From positions 35,588,001-35,652,000 of the forward strand of contig CM022665.1 in NCBI GenBank assembly GCA_012295275.1: a stretch of DNA of 64,000 nt, read 5' to 3'. A model generated the notes under the pieces. The model was not told the origin of the DNA, searched no databases, and saw only the letters and a list, made by a program, of their open reading frames with translations. Below, in pieces: positions 15,185 through 28,104 of the stretch (position 1 is its first letter; each line of letters starts with the position of its first letter). A program made the position numbers and the translations under genes. Origin of the DNA: Chrysomallon squamiferum (lineage: Eukaryota; Animalia; Mollusca).

Positions 15185-16232
15185 ATTTCCATTAATCTGT
15201 GTATTGTTTTCAGTCCTTAGCTTTCCCTTTTTATTTTCTATCTTTTTAGTTCAGACTAAAACACAAATAAGTTACAGACACAGTAATATTAAAACCACCT
15301 ACGTCAAAAACAGCAAGAACATAACGACATCTATTTGACATATGTTGCTATCCGCTGACAAAAGAACGATCTTAAAGAAAGTGTATCTCTTGCCTATAGT
15401 TAATCTTCGTCTCTTTTGTCTAAAAGCACTGAACTTAGACGCAGCAATGCATCGTAAATCCAGGCTGTGTTAAAGGTGACAGCCGAAACATCGCAAATAA
15501 ATATACATATTAGTTCGTTGTCATTACCTAATTGTCAAGCCAGAACTCTCACTGATGCAGCTGTCTGAGAAAGCGCTTGTGCTCATTGATATATCGCTGG
15601 ATAAATGGAAGCAATATTGCCTCCAAGTCCACGAAACTTCACGCAGTATTATGATCATACATCAACGAGACACTGTGGTGAATAATTCAGACAGCGAGGT
15701 TGATAAAGAAACGTTAGTTGTAACGTCTAAATAGAGACATTTTCATTCACAATAAGGACTGGATGAACATCATTTAATTTATTGTTTATTTATTGTTTAT
15801 TTTGTCAGTTCTTTATTAATTTATTTCCTTAGTTGATTCTGTTTCTTTTATTAATTTATTCTTTCTTTCGGTCTTTTGTTACTTCCGTTTTCTTTTATTT
15901 TTTCATATTATTTGCTTTCTTTTTTTCTGTTCTATTTTTTCATGAACTCATTATTTATTACTTCTTTCTTTTTGTCTTTTCATTTCTTTTTATCATTTAA
16001 TTTTATTTCTACTTTCTTTCTTTCTTTTCTTTCTTGCTTGCTTGCTTTCATTTTTACCGTCCTTCTGATTCTCTTTCATTCTTTTTTTTAAAGTTGTTTT
16101 TGTTTCTTTTTGTTTTCACCATCATCTTTGTCTTCTTCCAACTCAACAGTCAGTCTTACTGCAAAATAATGTTTGTAAATATTTCGCTTATATTTTATTT
16201 TATTTTTAACACCATTGACTCATAAATATTTA

Positions 16233-16293
<61 letters not shown>

Positions 16294-18933
16294 TAAAAAT
16301 TCGTGTATATATATATATATATATATATAGTACAGTAAAAAAGCTAAAGATCTTGCAAATTTGTTTATTTCATGTTTATTACACCATCGAAAACTGTAAG
16401 AATGTTGCTCTTGGCATTCACAGAAGAATGAGAAAAAAAAAAATCACGAAAAAATAACTGAATTTGTTGCTGGAAAAACAAAAAAAAGTATGAATGTGTT
16501 TTACTCGATGGGTGGAGATGGTAGATGCACCGTCTGACTGCAGTAGACATATTTTGTTTCTAATGTAAAGAATTCACCCTAAAATGTAAATTCACCAGTG
16601 ACAGTACCAGCTTTCTGTAAGTTGACCTCATCACGTTTCTTGTTTTTGTATCACAAATCGTATTTCTCTATGTTTTAAAACACTGAAATCCTTATAGCGC
16701 TATACTGAATTTCCATGTATTTCTATCACAACTGGTGACTAGAATAATGGGGGGAAAAAGAAAAAAAAAAAAATGATAAATTGTTGTTTTAATAAGAAAC
16801 TGATGATTGTTTCGTTTAAAATTCTAGATTGTTTTTTGATTCCCCAAGGCAATGCGTAGGCCAGTAATTATTAATCAAGTTCTCATAACTTCGTAGGAAG
16901 CCACCTACTTCAACAAATAGATAAATTAGTAACTTCTTCGACTCCTCGGGGAAGCTGTTACAAAACCTGAAATGGAATGAAACTCGAACACTGACTCTGA
17001 AATTCTGCTCTTGTGGATTAAGTTATGTCTGACATGATGGAATCGTCACAGTGAACTTACCGAGTTATTTCCCAATCCAGATGATGTTCAGAGACCTGAT
17101 ACGAAAGAGCAAGATTCAGTTTTAATTTCTTCCTAGCCGAGTGTCATTTATTTTAAAGATGTTAGGAGAAATGGTGAATATATCTGCATTTTTAATCTAA
17201 CACAATCGTTTAATATCTGTCCCTTGACACTCGTAATGATAATTACGTATTTGTAATAGAAAAACAAAATAAAACCCAACAAAACCCATCAAAAAAAAAA
17301 AAAAACAACAACAACAATAAAACAAAACAAATCTGCCTACTTGCTTTGTATTGTTATTTTTTAGTGGCTACTATCTCACTTTCTGGCATTTTCATTTATT
17401 TACTTTCATTTATATATTTTTTATTATAAAAGGTGTATTTTTTGCATTGGGATCGGAAAATTCTTTGGCCATTTACTTTTTTGTATATCTGTTTCCTTTC
17501 TACGTGTATGGGTGAATCTGTTCTCTTTTTTTTTTTTTTTTTTTTTTTTTGTCAGATTGTGCATAGATTTGTATTTATATCCCAATTATTATGATTTTTT
17601 TCATAAAAATAAATATCTTCTTTTTTTTCATATAATTATCATATAGAAGTTGACCGAGTTTCTGAAAATTTTCAGTTTTGAATAGATGCGACAGTTTCTG
17701 CTCTGCTTACACTTCAGACGTTAAAACGTTTCATCCATCTTCCACAAGAAAACTTTGTCATTACTGCCTGTGGCAGAAAGCGTACAAATTTAATAAAGTC
17801 CGTATACTCCGAAGTGTAAATGTCTACGCCAGCTTTTATGGTCGATTCTGCCTCGTCTGTAGCCCATATATACATATTACAACCCATCACAATAAATGTA
17901 TTGCTTCAGTCTTCATGCGATCAATTTAACAACTAGATTGCCAAACTGGACAGTCCCTACAATGTTGACTGAATACCCTGGAGGCGATGATTGCGAGTGA
18001 TGCTCTATCGCAGTCAACAGTAATCATTTTAGTTAGGACACACTGACTAACGCATCGAGCTAAGTGAACCAGGGGCAAATCCATGACGATTACTTTGCTG
18101 AAACGGAGTGGAGGATAAGGGATGCTCGAAAAACTTTGAAAGTTTTTTTTTGTTGTTCAGAATTAAAATGACAATTTAATTAAAATTTTAGAAATGAGAG
18201 TAAATAGTACTTACATATGTTAATACATACTTACGTACATACGCACAACGGGACACACACACAAACACACATATATATATATATATATATTAAAGTAAAG
18301 CAAAATGATAGATTAAATACTGCATACAGAATTTGCCTTGCATGTGAAAATTTATAAAAGCACTTTTTTTAAAAAGAAATTTACTTTCGTTCGTTTATTT
18401 AAAACTGTCTTTCTAGTCTGCTAGGAAAAAAAATACAAAAACACTTAAACGAACATAACTAAATTAACGTTCGTATAACGATTTTAAAATGAAACATTAA
18501 CTTGAAAATCAATTTCAAGAACAAAAAAATACATATTTCTTTTTAAATTCTTTTTTACTCATTATACGTAAAAATTCTGGCTAAAACGAATGTTCAAGTA
18601 ATTTAAATTCTCGTGATACTAAAATTACTGTAAAACAATTTCGAACTAAAAGCTTCTTTCTTATACATTTCCATTAAACATTTTTTTCTTTTTTTTTGTT
18701 TATTTCTCTATCGATTGTAGACGTTCTGAAACTGAATTTTTTGCTGGCCATAAAATCTTGCAACATTGAGCTCTCCTGCACTGCACGGTCAGTGATCGGG
18801 TTGTTACACAAACCACTGACTGTTGATGGACAGATTAGGTGCATCGTTTTGACACTACATCTGGTCTGCGTTCTCATTATCTGCCAGGTTATGAAAATAT
18901 TTCCACTTTCCAAATCAGCTTGTCTTCATTTTT

Positions 18934-18978
<45 letters not shown>

Positions 18979-19134
18979 GTTATTGGTATTTTGTTTTGTT
19001 TAAAATTAATATATATTCTTAATATTCTTAACACACAGATTTCAGACGTTTTAATAAACATGCAAACATATGTGAATGCAATCAAGCAATCAGCCATCAA
19101 TCTTTCATGCATCCATCTGTCCATATATTTATAC

Positions 19135-19152
19135 AAACACACATACATATAG

Positions 19153-19185
<33 letters not shown>

Positions 19186-19405
19186 CACACACACACACAC
19201 ACACAGACACACAGACACACACAAACACATATACAGAAATATACATATATACAAACACAAAATAGTTACATACACATACATACATACGTACGTACGTACA
19301 TATATACACACATACACACACACACACATACATACATACATACATACATACATACATACATACATACATACATACATACATACATACATACATACATACA
19401 TACAT
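19135..19405. repeat. (CA)n / (TACA)n compound microsatellite
   Basis: Direct reading; source of the MYVC/HTYI ORFs. Confidence 0.95.
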
Positions 19406-22400
19406 AAATTTAAAGTTCTAGATTAAACACCTTAATAGACGTGCGTGGTACGACTGCTTAAATTTAGCAGGATCAAATCTTAGCGTGATATGCTCCCCTG
19501 TCTATGGAAAACATAATTTCCCTTTTTGTTAAAAAAAAGAATATCCCATGGTATGCGGGATTCCCAGTTCATATAATTATTTTATACAAGACACCTGCTA
19601 ACAGTTGATATAGTATATTCGTTATTTGATAGTGGCCTAGGAGGAATATATTAATTTTTCTTTATATTTAGTTTGAAATATAATATTCAGTTGTTAGAAC
19701 TTCTACATTATTAATGCCCTGTCGTGTTACTAATGACATTAATTTGAACTTCTAGAGAACTATCAGTCTGTAACATTGCACGTTCAGTATTAAATATCTC
19801 AGCCGTTCTTTTCACACTTTACAAATCACCACGAATGTAAATCCATATTTTTAATAACAGTGTATTAGAAAATGCGATGGTTATTTCCCTAACGTATTAT
19901 TATTTTCTGGCCTTATATTCCATAAATAAAATGGCCGGGTTATTTAGAAATATAACTTACGATTTAACATTCAGAATATCGGTTATGTATTTCCAGCGGG
20001 GAAAGGGCTCGTAGAAGTCTGAATACGGTAATTAGCCAAGCAAAATAGAAGAAGTGGTTGTCTCCCATTTGATGCAAGTTGACGTTTTCTCAGTTTTTAC
20101 CCTGTCGATTTCGATTTTAATTAATACAAAATCGTTAACCTTACTCGAGCAGTCCAGTACGTTGAGATACAGAGGAAACAATAATGATTATTAAAATAAC
20201 GCTAGCTGCTTGTCTATGGGTATGAAGCTGCAGCATATTTAATGAGTTTAGATTGAGTATATTTTATTTTAGTGCTGTATGTTTGTGTTGTGTTGTGTTG
20301 TGTATATGTGTCTGTATGCAAAACTATGTATATATTTTATATTCATTTTAATTCACATCTTTACAACAGTCATATCATGATATTACAGTACTGCATTCTT
20401 TTGATCCACTTCTGTGTATTAGTAAAACGTTTATCGCATGTGTAACTACTATGAGGATAAAATAAATTAATTTATTTATTATTGTTGTTATTTTTGTTTT
20501 TTGTGTAGTAGATGTTAAAAAAAAAAAATAATAATAATAAATTTGCACAGATATATTTTCTTTTAAAGAAGAAAAAATATACATAAAACACTAACGATGT
20601 ATTAAGGTTAATAAGGAAAAACATACAGGGAGAAATATTTAGATAGGTAGATAGATAGAGAGATAGATAGATATATTAATAGACACACAGATAGACAGAA
20701 AGATGATAGATAATGAATAGAGAAATAAAGTGACAGAAACAGAGTGAACGAAAATGAGAGAAGGGCACTTAGTATTTAAATCAGAAGATAGAAAGAAAAA
20801 AGAAAAAGAAGAAATAAGATATAAATTTCAAACCTGTGGTTTTTATCGCTCTTGTATAATTAAGCGTTTCCAAAAGGATGAAATGAAATCATTAGATTTT
20901 ATTAAGTTAGGAAAATTCATAACTTACGGCTAAGTGGCCAGCCAATTGAATTTAACGCTCCAATTCACCGCGCATAATGCAAAGTAAACGTATTTGTTTC
21001 ATCTCAAAATCGATTCCTTTAATTGCTAGAACTTTTGTAATTCTGCCAGTCAAGTACATCACAGTTTATATGATCAGTAATAAAAACTATGTATTAGTCT
21101 AGTGTTTTGATTTATTTAATTCAGTGATAACAGAATGAGGTACTGTGGTCTTTCGATATGACCCAGGCAATATATGTACGCCGTATCGATGTCATGGTTT
21201 TGCGTCACATTTCTATAACGGCGTTGCATCAAAATAAACGCGCTGCTGTTAAAACAGTTATCTTTGGATATTACTGTGGAATTATAATATATTCATGATC
21301 CACTATAAAGGATATAGAAAACAAAAATTAGTGGGACAAAGGACGGTGATAAACGTATTTTTAATAAATAAATAAATAATAAAGAAACGAAAAAGAAAAC
21401 GTGATAGGTATAATTAATAAATTTGTAGATGATTTAATCATAACACAAACGTTTAAAAGCAGTTACATCCTGAATTATATTAACCTAGAATAAATCATAT
21501 CAAAATATAACAGTAATAAAGAAAAACACTAATATCTATACACGGGTTAAACTTTTCCTTGTATTACATACGTATAGTTTAAAATAAAATAACATTAATG
21601 AAGGAAAAAGTCGGCACCAAAATAATTCAGTAAAACTACGGTATGCTGCTGAAAGAATAATGTCTGTACCTTGCGTCACTTTCGTGCAGTATTATCTGTA
21701 TATTGTTCAAAATAAAATATCGAATTTTTTACAGATAAATATTCAGACCTCAATCAGCAACGATGTCAAAACCGAGGTACTCTCCTGTGAAGGAGGAACA
21801 ACGTATACACAACTTAAGATCTTCTGTCAAAAATGATTAATTGACGTCTGCAGAGTTTTAGTATTTGTGACAGTTCCAAAGTGATATTTATCTCACGTGA
21901 ATACATATATATAAAAAAAAAAAAAAAAATTCTGGGCTTGTGCAAGAATTCAGTTTTGACAAAAAATACTGTAAGCCCCCGAAAATACTACTGATCAGTA
22001 GCACTTCAGGTCTTTCTCTTAGCACCCGTTACCAGCCTTCCTCGAGATGAATCCAAAAAGGAAATAAGAATTATTTTATTCAATGATGCACTTTATAGTT
22101 TTATTCCACGGTTATGTTGCAGGATATATATTATTAAGCACAACAAATAACATAATAGTTTGAAAAATAACGGTTAAAGAAAATTGTTACACTTAGGTAC
22201 TAAGAAATTATATTACTACTACACCAACAAAAACTATTGCTACCACTACCACAACCATCATTACTGTTGTTCCTACTGCTACCACCAACACTTCAGCTAC
22301 TATTGCTGCTGCTGCTGCTACTACTACTATAACTGCTACTGCTACTACCATATTTTCTTTATTAAGTACATTTTACACTATCAAATCAGTTAAGTAAACA

Positions 22401-22533
22401 GAATAATGTACCTATTCATTAGACAAAACAATTTAATAAAACAAAAAATAATAATAATCATAAAAAAAACTTTTTCTTAATTTTTTAAATTTGTTATGAT
22501 CAATTTTAATCTAATTAGCAGTGTGAGTGAGTT

Positions 22534-22716
22534 TGATTGATTCACACACTGATGAAATGACCCGGAAGAACAAGCTAAAAAATGAAAAAAAAAAAAAGAA
22601 AAAAGAAAAAAAAGGGCTGACTTCACCTTGTGCCTGACCTTAAGTTCTATCAAAAAAATTTCTTATAAATACAAATCCAGAAATTAATAAATTATCACTG
22701 TGAACTCGTGCACTTA
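22534..22716 (+). promoter_or_regulatory. Promoter and ~20-25 nt non-coding exon 1 of Gly-rich gene 1
   Basis: TGATTGAT at 22534, TGACCTTA at 22635, TATAAATA at 22664-22671 and GTAAGT donor at 22717. Matching acceptor ttttag ends at 23421, 34 nt before the ATG. Confidence 0.7.
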
Positions 22717-23224
22717 GTAAGTATAATATTTTGGTGGTTATTTCATTATCAACTACTTATTTTAGAAATTAAATATTTAAAATTAAATCTCCAATATGAT
22801 AAAAGATTATATATATAATAATATTGTTTCTAATTTTTGTAAAATTATAAAATGCAAAGAGTATATGTATATTCAATTTTTAAAATAGTTGAAATAAACA
22901 GATGCAAAATTACTTAAGATTTGCAAACGGGAAAATTTCGAATTCATTTTTTTGAACCTGATTCAATATAATTTTATTGGTTATTAAATAATGAAATTTA
23001 ATTGCGTATAATATAACAGTATCTGATTTATAAAACATTAAATTTTCTAAAATGACTGTAATTTAATAATTATATTATATTTCTATAGTTAGTCATCTCT
23101 ATCTATCTATCTGTCTATCTATTTAATTGTATTAAATACTTTAAAAAACACACTAAACAAAACAATATTATACAAGAAATGACAAAACAAATCAAAATGA
23201 TTCAGTCAATTAAAAAATAGAATA

Positions 23225-23265
<41 letters not shown>

Positions 23266-23455
23266 AATGTGACATATCGTCATTCTGGCACAGTCGTGTA
23301 AAAAAAAGGATAAAGAGAACACTTATTATTGTTGCTTTTGCAACCTGCGTCTGGCAGGAAGAATATTAACGTGTTGGTTTACGGATTATCAAATACTTCA
23401 AACACTGGCTATTATTTTTAGGTTCTGACCTTGAATTCTTTTTCAAAACGTCACT

Positions 23456-23869
23456 ATGATGAAGGCTGTTTTTGTTGTGCTTGTTGTCATCTTCACTGTT
23501 GCCTGTGCCTTTCCACAGTATGGAAATGGATTCGGTAACAGAGGAGGGGGAAAAGGTCAGTGGGGAGGTTATGGTAATCACGGAGGTGGATACGGAGGCG
23601 GTTACGGGGGCGGTTTCGGAGGTTACGGTGGGGGAAAAGGATTCGGTTTCGGCTGGGGAGGTTGGAACGGAGGACATGGGGGAAACGGTGGTAGATACGG
23701 AGGAGGACACGGTGGTGGACATGGAAGAGGATACGGAAGTTACGGTTACGGAGGTGGACACGGAGGTGGATACGGAAGTTACGGTTACGGAGGTTACGGT
23801 TACGGAGGTGGAAACGGAGGTTACGGAGTTGGACATGGAGGAGGAAATATTGGATACGGAGTATATTAA
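23456..23869 (+). CDS. Secreted Gly/Tyr/His-rich protein, cluster gene 1 (137 aa)
   Basis: Signal peptide MMKAVFVVLVVIFTVACA, then GGY/GYG/GGH repeats with no acidic residue or Cys in the mature part; ends GYGVY. GC-rich GGA/TAC codon island in AT-rich DNA. Putative 3'-UTR intron 23874-24224; AATAAA at 24268. Confidence 0.92.
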   Translation: MMKAVFVVLVVIFTVACAFPQYGNGFGNRGGGKGQWGGYGNHGGGYGGGYGGGFGGYGGGKGFGFGWGGWNGGHGGNGGRYGGGHGGGHGRGYGSYGYGGGHGGGYGSYGYGGYGYGGGNGGYGVGHGGGNIGYGVY

Positions 23870-24482
23870 GAAGGTTTTAAATTATTTTTAAAATGGTTAA
23901 ATAATTTATAAATTACGTGTGTACTTAGCTTATCTGAGATAGACAAGAAAAACAAATAGAAACGAGTTAACAGTTAATTATTATATAACAAACTATTTAT
24001 TGTTCATATCTTTCATGAACACTTAATAAAAGACTAAAATATACAAAATACTGAATAGGATTACTGTGTTTATTAAAATGGCTGTATAAAGCTAAATGTC
24101 ATTATCTTGTTATAGTAATAAAAATGTTCTGATGATCATTCTAACAATTTCGTTTAACAAAATATTTATTTTTGCGTTATCTGTGAATAATTAACTGATT
24201 TCTTTTGATGTATTTTTGTTTCAGGTGTGATGCCTCTGTGATTTCATGAAAGACGTTTAAATGAAATAATAAATTTATTTAATTCAAATTATTGTTTTTG
24301 TGGGGTTTTTTAAATTCTCTTTATTACATAGTGCCGTTTTTTGGTTTCTCATAAAAGCATTTAACTGTATTAAATGCTTAAAAAAGTTACCAAACAAGGC
24401 AAGAATAAAACAACAAATAACAAAACAAAGCAAAAATCAATAAATCAATATAAAATAAATAAATAAAATAAATAAAATAAAA

Positions 24483-24513
<31 letters not shown>

Positions 24514-26877
24514 ATGAATAAATAAAATAAATAATAAAATAAAATAAAATAAAATAAGATAAAATAAAATAAAGCAAAACTTGCTGATGGAATATCTGTT
24601 CCAGTAACGTCTGTGACTAATCAAAATGACATACACCATCCATCAATGAGATAACCGGAATCTTGTTACAGGATATGTTTTACCTTCGAATAGAAATGAC
24701 ATTCAGGACGAATTACTATAACTTGTTTTAAATTCTTACTGAGATTAATCAATAAATGTTTCACTACTGATTATTTCATAGCAATTTGTGACAGATTAGT
24801 AAAGCTACAGCACAGTCTGAACGATTTTATATTACACCAGATTACTTTGATTACATGTGAAAGGTATGCGATCTAAATAAATGGTTCAAAGGACACAAAC
24901 AAATGGAGAGAAATATATATATATATATATTTATATATGTATATTATTGTGTACCTACATTTTGTTTGACTAAAACTAACTGAATTATGCTTGTAACCAA
25001 CAAACTGATTAGCTAAATGAACACAGTTACAGTCATTTCATGTGGATTTCCTTATAAAGGAAACTTGTTGTTATTTAATAATTATAAAATAGTAAATACT
25101 GTTAAGAAATTTGATTGTGTGTATGTGTGCTTTCTTTTATTCTATTTTGTTAGTTTCAATAATATCATATTAAAGCAGAAAACTGTATTTTATTATTATT
25201 GTTATTATTAATACCTCTGATATTATTATTATTATACATTTATTTAAATAGAAAAAGATGTTATCAAAAATAAAGATTACTCGTAAAATGCATATTACAA
25301 TGTGCTTAACTGTAATTCTAACGTCCAAATGTTTAGTAAAAGCTACTTGGTTACATCTGGAAATATTATAAATTAAAATAAACAGGAAAATTTGATTTAT
25401 ATGTGTATCAGTCATGCATCTGTTGTGATTTCAGATTATTGATAGACATTTCATTAGTTTATATGACTAGAACATCTAACAGTATGATATAATGTGAATA
25501 AACCTTTAAGAATACTGTTCTAGCATTTATTTCAAGGCACTGCGTGAAATTGTAATTTAGAGCTGCATATTACAATTCATAGCTTGCAGATATCTAATTA
25601 TTCCATAGTTCAAAGGGCCTAGACGGTCTTGTTTATTTTATTTAAAGACTGCGTGTAAATTACCTGTGGTACAAGAAAGTTAATTTAATTTGATTCATCA
25701 GTACCTAATGTATTTCCAAACTTTGCTTATGACAAGTCTACAATAGATAATTAATGGATACTGGGTACATATTCTGAGTATAATAACAATTTTATTTATT
25801 ATCAGAAGATACTACGAGTCTCTTTTCAGGGAAACAGACGGGTTTTAAGAAGAGTAAAATTCATTTCAGAAAAATAGGTGTACATTTATGATCCAAGCCG
25901 ACGCCCTACTTCTCAAGTTCGTGTTGAAAATTTAGACATGTTGCAGTGAAACACAGTCATACAGATCTATCATTTAACTAACTCCAAGACACTCTCTGTA
26001 AAGCAGTATAAACAAGAGAAAGTGAAACTGATACAAATGTAAAATATCAGGATATTTACAGGCACACGTAAGAATGTGTGTGCTTATGTGTGTGTGCGTG
26101 CATCTGTGTGTGTGTGTATGAGTGTGTAACAGACGACTGTTTATCTATGTGTTGGTGTATGTGCGTATGTGTATGCATGTCTGTATATATGTATCAGTAA
26201 GAGTTTGTGTTTGTATGTATATAGTATTTATGTGTTAAACTTGTTTTTTTAGTTTTAAATATTGTAATCTTCTAAACTAATCAGCATCTAAAACTGTTAT
26301 GTATATTAATTGCTATATTTAATTACTAAAATATAGCCATAGTAAAACTTAAACCCAGTTCAAAATGTGACAAAAACAAAAAACCCACTAAATATATGTA
26401 AACATTTGCATTTTCCATACTTCTAAAATAAATTACTTATGTCTCATGATCCAAAAGATAGCAGTCATAAAAATATACTTCAAACAAACTGAAGCTGTAG
26501 ATTTAAACCATTTATTCATTTTATCAAGTATTAGTTTGTTCCACTTTTCTGCGTATTATTTACACACGTAATTTGTTGGTAAACTCTAACGAGGTAATAA
26601 TATCTAACATCACACAATGGTACTTAAATTAAAATTCCCATCTGTAAGAAGAAGACGTCAGTGATGCTACCATAGATCACTGAATGTGAATTGTAATTAT
26701 TTTAATAAAAACCTATTTTTATGAACTTTTTACCTAAAGTAAGCGTCATTCTACAATTTACAAACTAATTAGTCCCTAATTTACAATACTTAGTTTGATT
26801 TGAACTTTTGGCTGACGATTGAAACATATCTCACCCCGGCATTATGATTACTATGATAGTAATTAATTAATTTAATA

Positions 26878-26979
<102 letters not shown>

Positions 26980-27205
26980 AATAATAATAACAATAAATTG
27001 TTTTCAGAATTAATGGAGAAAAAACGGAACATATTTATTTCCTTAAGTAATATGGTACTGGTATTAGTTTTAAAATCATTTTGTTATATGTCAGGAAAAG
27101 AAATGAAACAAGAAGGTCCTTTCCGTATTTGCTTAAAAAAAAAAAAAACAAATACTAATAATTAGTCAGTAAAAAAAATTATTGTCATCAATCTGAAACA
27201 AATTA

Positions 27206-27371
27206 TAAGGTCAAAGTAAACTGATCGATTTCAAATCAATCAGCTTACCCAGAAGTTCAACATAAGTGACATTCTATTTATTGTGACCTCACGACGAAGT
27301 TAAGTAATACATTTTGTGTATAAATAGGGCGGGAAAGAGAACACTTTAGATTACTTCTGAAAAGCAACACA
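27206..27371 (+). promoter_or_regulatory. Promoter and non-coding exon 1 of Gly-rich gene 2
   Basis: TAAGGTCA at 27206, ATCAATCA at 27235, TATAAATA at 27319-27326 and GTAAGT donor at 27372. Acceptor ttttgtag ends at 27711. Confidence 0.75.
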
Positions 27372-27720
27372 GTAAGTAAACTTGACAAATATTTGCACTT
27401 TGTTTCTTTCATTAATTACTAATGGAATGATAAAATATATCTATTAGCTTAAATGATTTTTGTATATTTGTTTTTAAGTTAAATCAATAAAAGTTAACTT
27501 CGAAATAAAATTATAGCGTGTCTAAAATCTAACAGTTTTCGAATTTTCCTTTCTGAATTGTATTTTGATGAGAAACAATTTCACTCAGTATTTTATGCAG
27601 TTCGACTAACAATAATGAATTGCTAGTATATGCATTTGAATGATATTCTCACTACGTTATATACCTTACTTAAAATTTGCAAGTTTACGATAATAAATCT
27701 ATTTTTTGTAGCCATTTACA

Positions 27721-28104
27721 ATGATGAAAGCTATCTTCGCCGTTCTTGCCATCTGCTTGTCTGTTGCCTGTGCCGGGCAAAGCTATTATGGATATTACGG
27801 AAAAGGTAATGGAGGTTTAGGCGGATGGGGTGGAGGACACGGTGGAGGATGGGGAGGTTTCGGGGGAGGACACGGCGGAGGTTGGGGAGGATTCGGAGGG
27901 GGACACGGAGGTGGATGGGGAGGATTTGGAGGAGGACACGGAGGTGGATGGGGAGGATTCGGAGGAGGAAAAGGCGGACACGGAGGAGGATGGGGAGGAT
28001 ACGGGGGCGGTTATGGAGGAGGATATGGAGGATACGGAGGCGGATACGGGGGCGGATTCGGAGGATATGGAAACCAATACGGAAGCGGATATAACACATA
28101 TTGA
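27721..28104 (+). CDS. Secreted Gly/Trp/His/Tyr-rich protein with five HGGGW motifs, cluster gene 2 (127 aa)
   Basis: Signal peptide MMKAIFAVLAICLSVACA, four GGGHGGGWGGF units plus a fifth HGGGW, then a GGY/GGGY block; ends GYNTY. 3'-UTR intron 28109-28525; two AATAAA in the last exon (~28574, ~28587). Confidence 0.93.
   Translation: MMKAIFAVLAICLSVACAGQSYYGYYGKGNGGLGGWGGGHGGGWGGFGGGHGGGWGGFGGGHGGGWGGFGGGHGGGWGGFGGGKGGHGGGWGGYGGGYGGGYGGYGGGYGGGFGGYGNQYGSGYNTY

Noticed and set aside
23366-23891. Overlapping Ser/Thr/Val-rich antisense ORF and acidic or Arg-rich alternative-frame ORFs over gene 1 (and their equivalents over genes 2, 3 and 5)
   Set aside because: These are shadow frames of Gly/Tyr codon repeats. 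Only the Gly-rich frame has a signal peptide, splice sites and a promoter.
25800-25990. Possible highly decayed SINE fragments (also ~470-600, ~36130-36290 and ~53790-53890)
   Set aside because: Only a vague resemblance to remembered cephalopod SINE tails, with no clear A/B boxes or target-site duplications. A repeat-library search is needed.
27721-28104. Calling the Gly-rich proteins suckerins, prion-protein homologues, reflectins or keratin-associated proteins
   Set aside because: They lack suckerin Ala/His/Thr blocks bounded by Pro, the PrP globular domain and GPI signal, and Met-rich reflectin motifs. The similarity is compositional or limited to a pentapeptide.
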